A stretch of 64,000 bases of DNA from positions 109,502 through 173,501 of the forward strand of contig CAKSFM010000001.1 of the NCBI GenBank assembly GCA_934454525.1, read 5' to 3'. Both the position numbers and the translations under genes were made by a program. The first letter of the stretch is position 1; each line of letters begins with the position of its first letter. The notes under the pieces are model-generated. The model was given only the letters and a program-made list of their open reading frames with translations, ran no database searches and was not told the origin of the DNA. This DNA is from an uncultured Clostridia bacterium (GTDB lineage Bacteria > Bacillota > Clostridia > UMGS1883). Positions 59,494 to 64,000 of the stretch are shown here, in pieces.

Positions 59494-60702
59494 ATGTATA
59501 CGAAAAGCGATGTTCTCGATTACGTTGAAATGGAGGATGTTAAGTTCATCCGCCTTGCATTTTGCGATGTGTTCGGAAAGCAGCGCAATATTTCCGTGCT
59601 CTCGGGCGAGCTTGAGCGCGCGTTTGACGCGGGTATTTCGATTGACGCATCGGCAATCAGGGGTTTTACCGATGAAAAACGTTCCGATCTGCTTCTGCAC
59701 CCCGACCCCTCCACTCTGACAGTTATTCCGTGGCGCCCGACGCATTGCAGAGTTGCGAGAATGTTCTGCGACATTACATATCCCGACGGAACTCCTTACG
59801 AAAAGGATTCGCGGCAGATACTCCGCTCCGCCGAAAAAGCCGCGGAAAAGCTCGGAATCAAATGCCTTTTCGGTTCGGAGTTTGAATTCTATCTTTTCAA
59901 AACCGATGAATACGGCAATGCCACCGATATTCCGTTTGACAATGCCGGATATATGGACATTGCGCCCGAGGACCGCGGCGAAAACGTCCGCCGCGAAATA
60001 TGCCTTAATCTTGAAAGCATGGGCATCCGCCCGGAATCTTCGCACCATGAAGAAGGTCCGGGGCAAAATGAGATTGACTTTCGCTTCGCCTCTCCTCTTG
60101 CCGCTGCCGACAACGCTGTAACTTTCCGGTCGGTTGTGGAAACGGCCGCGCTCAGAAACGGGGTCACGGCGTCCTTTATGCCGAAACCGATTAAAGATAA
60201 GCCCGGCAGCGGAATGCACATTAACATTTCCGTAAAGGGAACGGAGGAAAAAGCTGAGGAATTCTTCATGGCAGGCGTTATGAAGCATATCCGTGAGATA
60301 ACGGCTTTTCTCAATCCCTCGAAAAGCTCTTACGACAGGTTCGGCGAGCATAAAGCGCCGAAGTACGTTTCCTGGTCACGCGAAAACCGCTCGCAGCTCA
60401 TACGAATTCCGGCAGCCGACGGCGAATACAGGCGCTTTGAATTGCGCTCACCCGATCCGAGTGCGAATGTCTATCTGGCATATGCGCTGCTTATTCATTC
60501 CGGAATTGACGGAATAAAGAATAAGCTTACGCTTCCGAAGCCGTGCGACACGAATCTTTTCAGCGCGCCGAAAAGCGTGACTGATAAGCTTGAAATGCTG
60601 CCGTGTTCAATTGATGAAGCCGTTAAGCTTGCACTTGAAAGCAGCTTTGTAAGCAGCATAATTCCGAAATCAATAACCGAGTGCATTGCGGAAAACGAGT
60701 GA
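59494..60702 (+). CDS. glnA: Glutamine synthetase (type I-like, about 402 aa)
   Basis: GS beta-grasp plus catalytic domain ('...GSEFEFYLF...', 'NEIDFRF', 'SWSRENRSQLIRIP'). Confidence 0.85.
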   Translation: MYTKSDVLDYVEMEDVKFIRLAFCDVFGKQRNISVLSGELERAFDAGISIDASAIRGFTDEKRSDLLLHPDPSTLTVIPWRPTHCRVARMFCDITYPDGTPYEKDSRQILRSAEKAAEKLGIKCLFGSEFEFYLFKTDEYGNATDIPFDNAGYMDIAPEDRGENVRREICLNLESMGIRPESSHHEEGPGQNEIDFRFASPLAAADNAVTFRSVVETAALRNGVTASFMPKPIKDKPGSGMHINISVKGTEEKAEEFFMAGVMKHIREITAFLNPSKSSYDRFGEHKAPKYVSWSRENRSQLIRIPAADGEYRRFELRSPDPSANVYLAYALLIHSGIDGIKNKLTLPKPCDTNLFSAPKSVTDKLEMLPCSIDEAVKLALESSFVSSIIPKSITECIAENE

Positions 60703-60716
60703 GAGGGGTATTGCTT

Positions 60717-61304
60717 ATGATCAGCGAAAGGCATCCCGTAAGCATACTTGTTGTTTCCTCGGCGGCAAAAAGCCGTGATTTTTTCAGCGATACCTTTTCC
60801 GCGGCAAGCTCCGATGAAATATTTTTTGCTCAGAATGCCGGTGAAGCGCGGCGGTTTCTCAGCCGCGAGGCTGTGGACATTGTGCTTATCAACGCACCGC
60901 TGACCGATGACTCGGGGCCGCACCTTGCAATGGACATTGCGCAGGACGCGGAAACGGGCGTTATCCTGCTTGTGAAAAATGAGCTTTACGAACAGGCGGC
61001 GTATCAGGTGGAGGATTACGGAATTTACACCGTTTCAAAACCGACAAGCAGACAGATAATTATTCAGACGGCACGGCTTGTGGCTGCAACCCGTATGCGG
61101 CTGCGGAAATATGAGAAAAAAGCTGCGTCGCTCCAGGCAAAAATGGAGGAAATACGGATTGTAAATCATGCGAAATGGGTTCTTATAAGAAATCTCGGAC
61201 TGTCGGAGGACAGTGCGCATAAAACCATAGAAAAACAAGCGATGAATACCCGCTCCAGCAAGCGCGAGGTTGCGGAGCAGATTATAAAAACATATCAGAA
61301 TTAG
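60717..61304 (+). CDS. ANTAR-domain antitermination regulator (pseudo-receiver plus ANTAR), NasR/AmiR/clostridial GlnR-like
   Basis: C-terminal 'EEIRIVNHAKWVLIRNLGLSEDSAHKTIEKQAMNTRSSKREVAEQII' matches the ANTAR consensus. The N-terminal receiver-like domain lacks a clear phospho-acceptor context. Confidence 0.75.
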   Translation: MISERHPVSILVVSSAAKSRDFFSDTFSAASSDEIFFAQNAGEARRFLSREAVDIVLINAPLTDDSGPHLAMDIAQDAETGVILLVKNELYEQAAYQVEDYGIYTVSKPTSRQIIIQTARLVAATRMRLRKYEKKAASLQAKMEEIRIVNHAKWVLIRNLGLSEDSAHKTIEKQAMNTRSSKREVAEQIIKTYQN

Positions 61305-62927
<1,623 letters not shown>

Positions 62928-62946
62928 ATTTGAAAGGATGATATAA

Positions 62947-64000
62947 ATGTTAACTGCAATTGTCGGAATAAACTGGGGCGATGAAGGCAAGGGAAGAATG
63001 GTTGACCTTCTCAGCGAAAAGTATGACGTTGTTGCACGCTATCAGGGCGGCAATAATGCCGGACACACCGTTATAAACGAAAAGGGCAAGTTCGTGCTTA
63101 ATCTGCTTCCTTCGGGAATACTGCGCGGCGACACCGTGAATGTTATGGGTCCGGGAATGGTAATTGACCTTGAGCATCTTTTCGGCGAGGTTCAGCGCCT
63201 GCGCGAGGGCGGCATTGATATCACGCCCGACCACCTTAAAATCAGTGACCGCGCAACAATCTGCATGCCTTATCACAAGCTGCTTGACTGCCTTGAGGAG
63301 GATCGCCTGGGCGATGCAAAGTTCGGCTCGACAAGGCGCGGAATTTCTCCCGTGTATTCCGATAAATATATGAAAAAAGCGTTCAGAATGGGCGACCTTC
63401 TCCAGATGGACGAGGTTAAGGCAAAGCTCCCGTCCGTAGTAGAGTGGAAAAATCTGACCGTAAGCGGCGGCTATAAGCATGAACCGATTACGGCGGAAGC
63501 AATGTACGAATGGCTTGAAAAGTACGGACTTCCGTTCAAGGATTATATCTGCGACACAACGCAGTACCTTAAAAAGGCTGATGACGAGGGCAAATCAATA
63601 ATGTTCGAAGCACAGCTCGGCGCTCTGCGCGACATTGATTTCGGCATATATCCCTACACCTCGGCATCATCCACTATTGCCGCATATGCTCCCATCGGCA
63701 GCGGTATTCCGTTTAAAAAGCTCAGTAAAACCATCGGCATTATGAAGGCATATTCCACATGCGTCGGCGAAGGTCCTTTCACCTGCGAACTGTTCGGCGA
63801 TGAAGCAGACAGGCTCAGAGAAGCCGGCGGAGAGTTCGGCGCAGCAACCGGCAGACCGAGAAGAGTCGGCGGTTTTGATATTCCGGCGTCAAAGTACGGA
63901 GTGCTGATGCAGGGTGCTGACGAAATTGCGCTTACAAAGCTCGATGTGCTTTCGTATCTCGATAAAATCCCAGTTTGCGTAAAATATGATGTTGACGGCG
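62947..64000 (+). CDS. purA: Adenylosuccinate synthetase (3' end outside window)
   Basis: 'GDEGKGRMVD', 'GGNNAGHTV'. The ORF stays open to the window end. Confidence 0.9.
   Translation, partial: MLTAIVGINWGDEGKGRMVDLLSEKYDVVARYQGGNNAGHTVINEKGKFVLNLLPSGILRGDTVNVMGPGMVIDLEHLFGEVQRLREGGIDITPDHLKISDRATICMPYHKLLDCLEEDRLGDAKFGSTRRGISPVYSDKYMKKAFRMGDLLQMDEVKAKLPSVVEWKNLTVSGGYKHEPITAEAMYEWLEKYGLPFKDYICDTTQYLKKADDEGKSIMFEAQLGALRDIDFGIYPYTSASSTIAAYAPIGSGIPFKKLSKTIGIMKAYSTCVGEGPFTCELFGDEADRLREAGGEFGAATGRPRRVGGFDIPASKYGVLMQGADEIALTKLDVLSYLDKIPVCVKYDVDG

Overview
This 64-kb window reads as a low-GC Firmicutes (Clostridia-type, sporulating) chromosome. It carries spoIIID, whiA, yunB, the T7SS-free housekeeping set around dnaE, SLH-domain protein, PFOR, and an FMN riboswitch, plus a glnA leader terminator paired with a downstream ANTAR regulator.

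Two regions make up the window:
- **Core region (about 17.5-64 kb).** This is a conserved housekeeping neighbourhood. It includes nifJ/PFOR, comM, nhaC, rpmB, prmC, rpmE, tgt, murF-ddl and pnp-rpsO. On the minus strand it continues with dnaE-whiA-rapZ-murB-hprK-prfA-ispA-xseBA-nusB-rseP-dxr-cdsA-uppS-frr-pyrH. Then come upp, initiator tRNA-Met, glnA with its ANTAR regulator, pyrG and purA.
- **Accessory region (first about 17 kb).** It opens with the 3' end of a XerC/D-type tyrosine recombinase. A modular family of intergenic repeats follows, with shared roughly 20-bp cores of the form 'ATACTGAC(G/A)TAT..CTGCC'. The modules recur at 230-690, 15228-15378 and 17176-17472.

The candidate novel system is a roughly 5-kb array of small toxin-like genes at 2881-7807 on the minus strand:
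- Four genes share a nearly identical 85-100-aa N-terminal module starting 'MGAGKSGNFGNTKGNALDAL...IPGLDTF...'. They share about 250 bp at near 100% nucleotide identity.
- Their C-terminal domains differ: HNH-like, ParB/Srx-like, and one unknown.
- Each toxin gene is followed by a small, mostly acidic putative immunity gene, or in one case by a calcineurin-like phosphoesterase. Remnants of further toxin copies are also present.
- A perfect 13-bp hairpin buries the Shine-Dalgarno sequence of two copies.
- Pieces of the neighbouring spoIIID locus (a 67-bp internal fragment and its upstream/RBS region) are duplicated inside the array. One copy shows a clear microhomology junction.

Other observations:
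- A T-box-like leader (consensus promoter, antiterminator/terminator) sits upstream of an ACSM-type acyl-CoA synthetase.
- A roughly 200-bp element with a 24-bp perfect palindrome lies directly after the stop codons of nifJ and upp, in inverted orientation 33.5 kb apart.
- There is a possible small SRP-RNA-like ncRNA.
- RF1 carries an unusual P-E-T motif.

All calls rest on reading the sequence and on motif recall. No database searches were possible.
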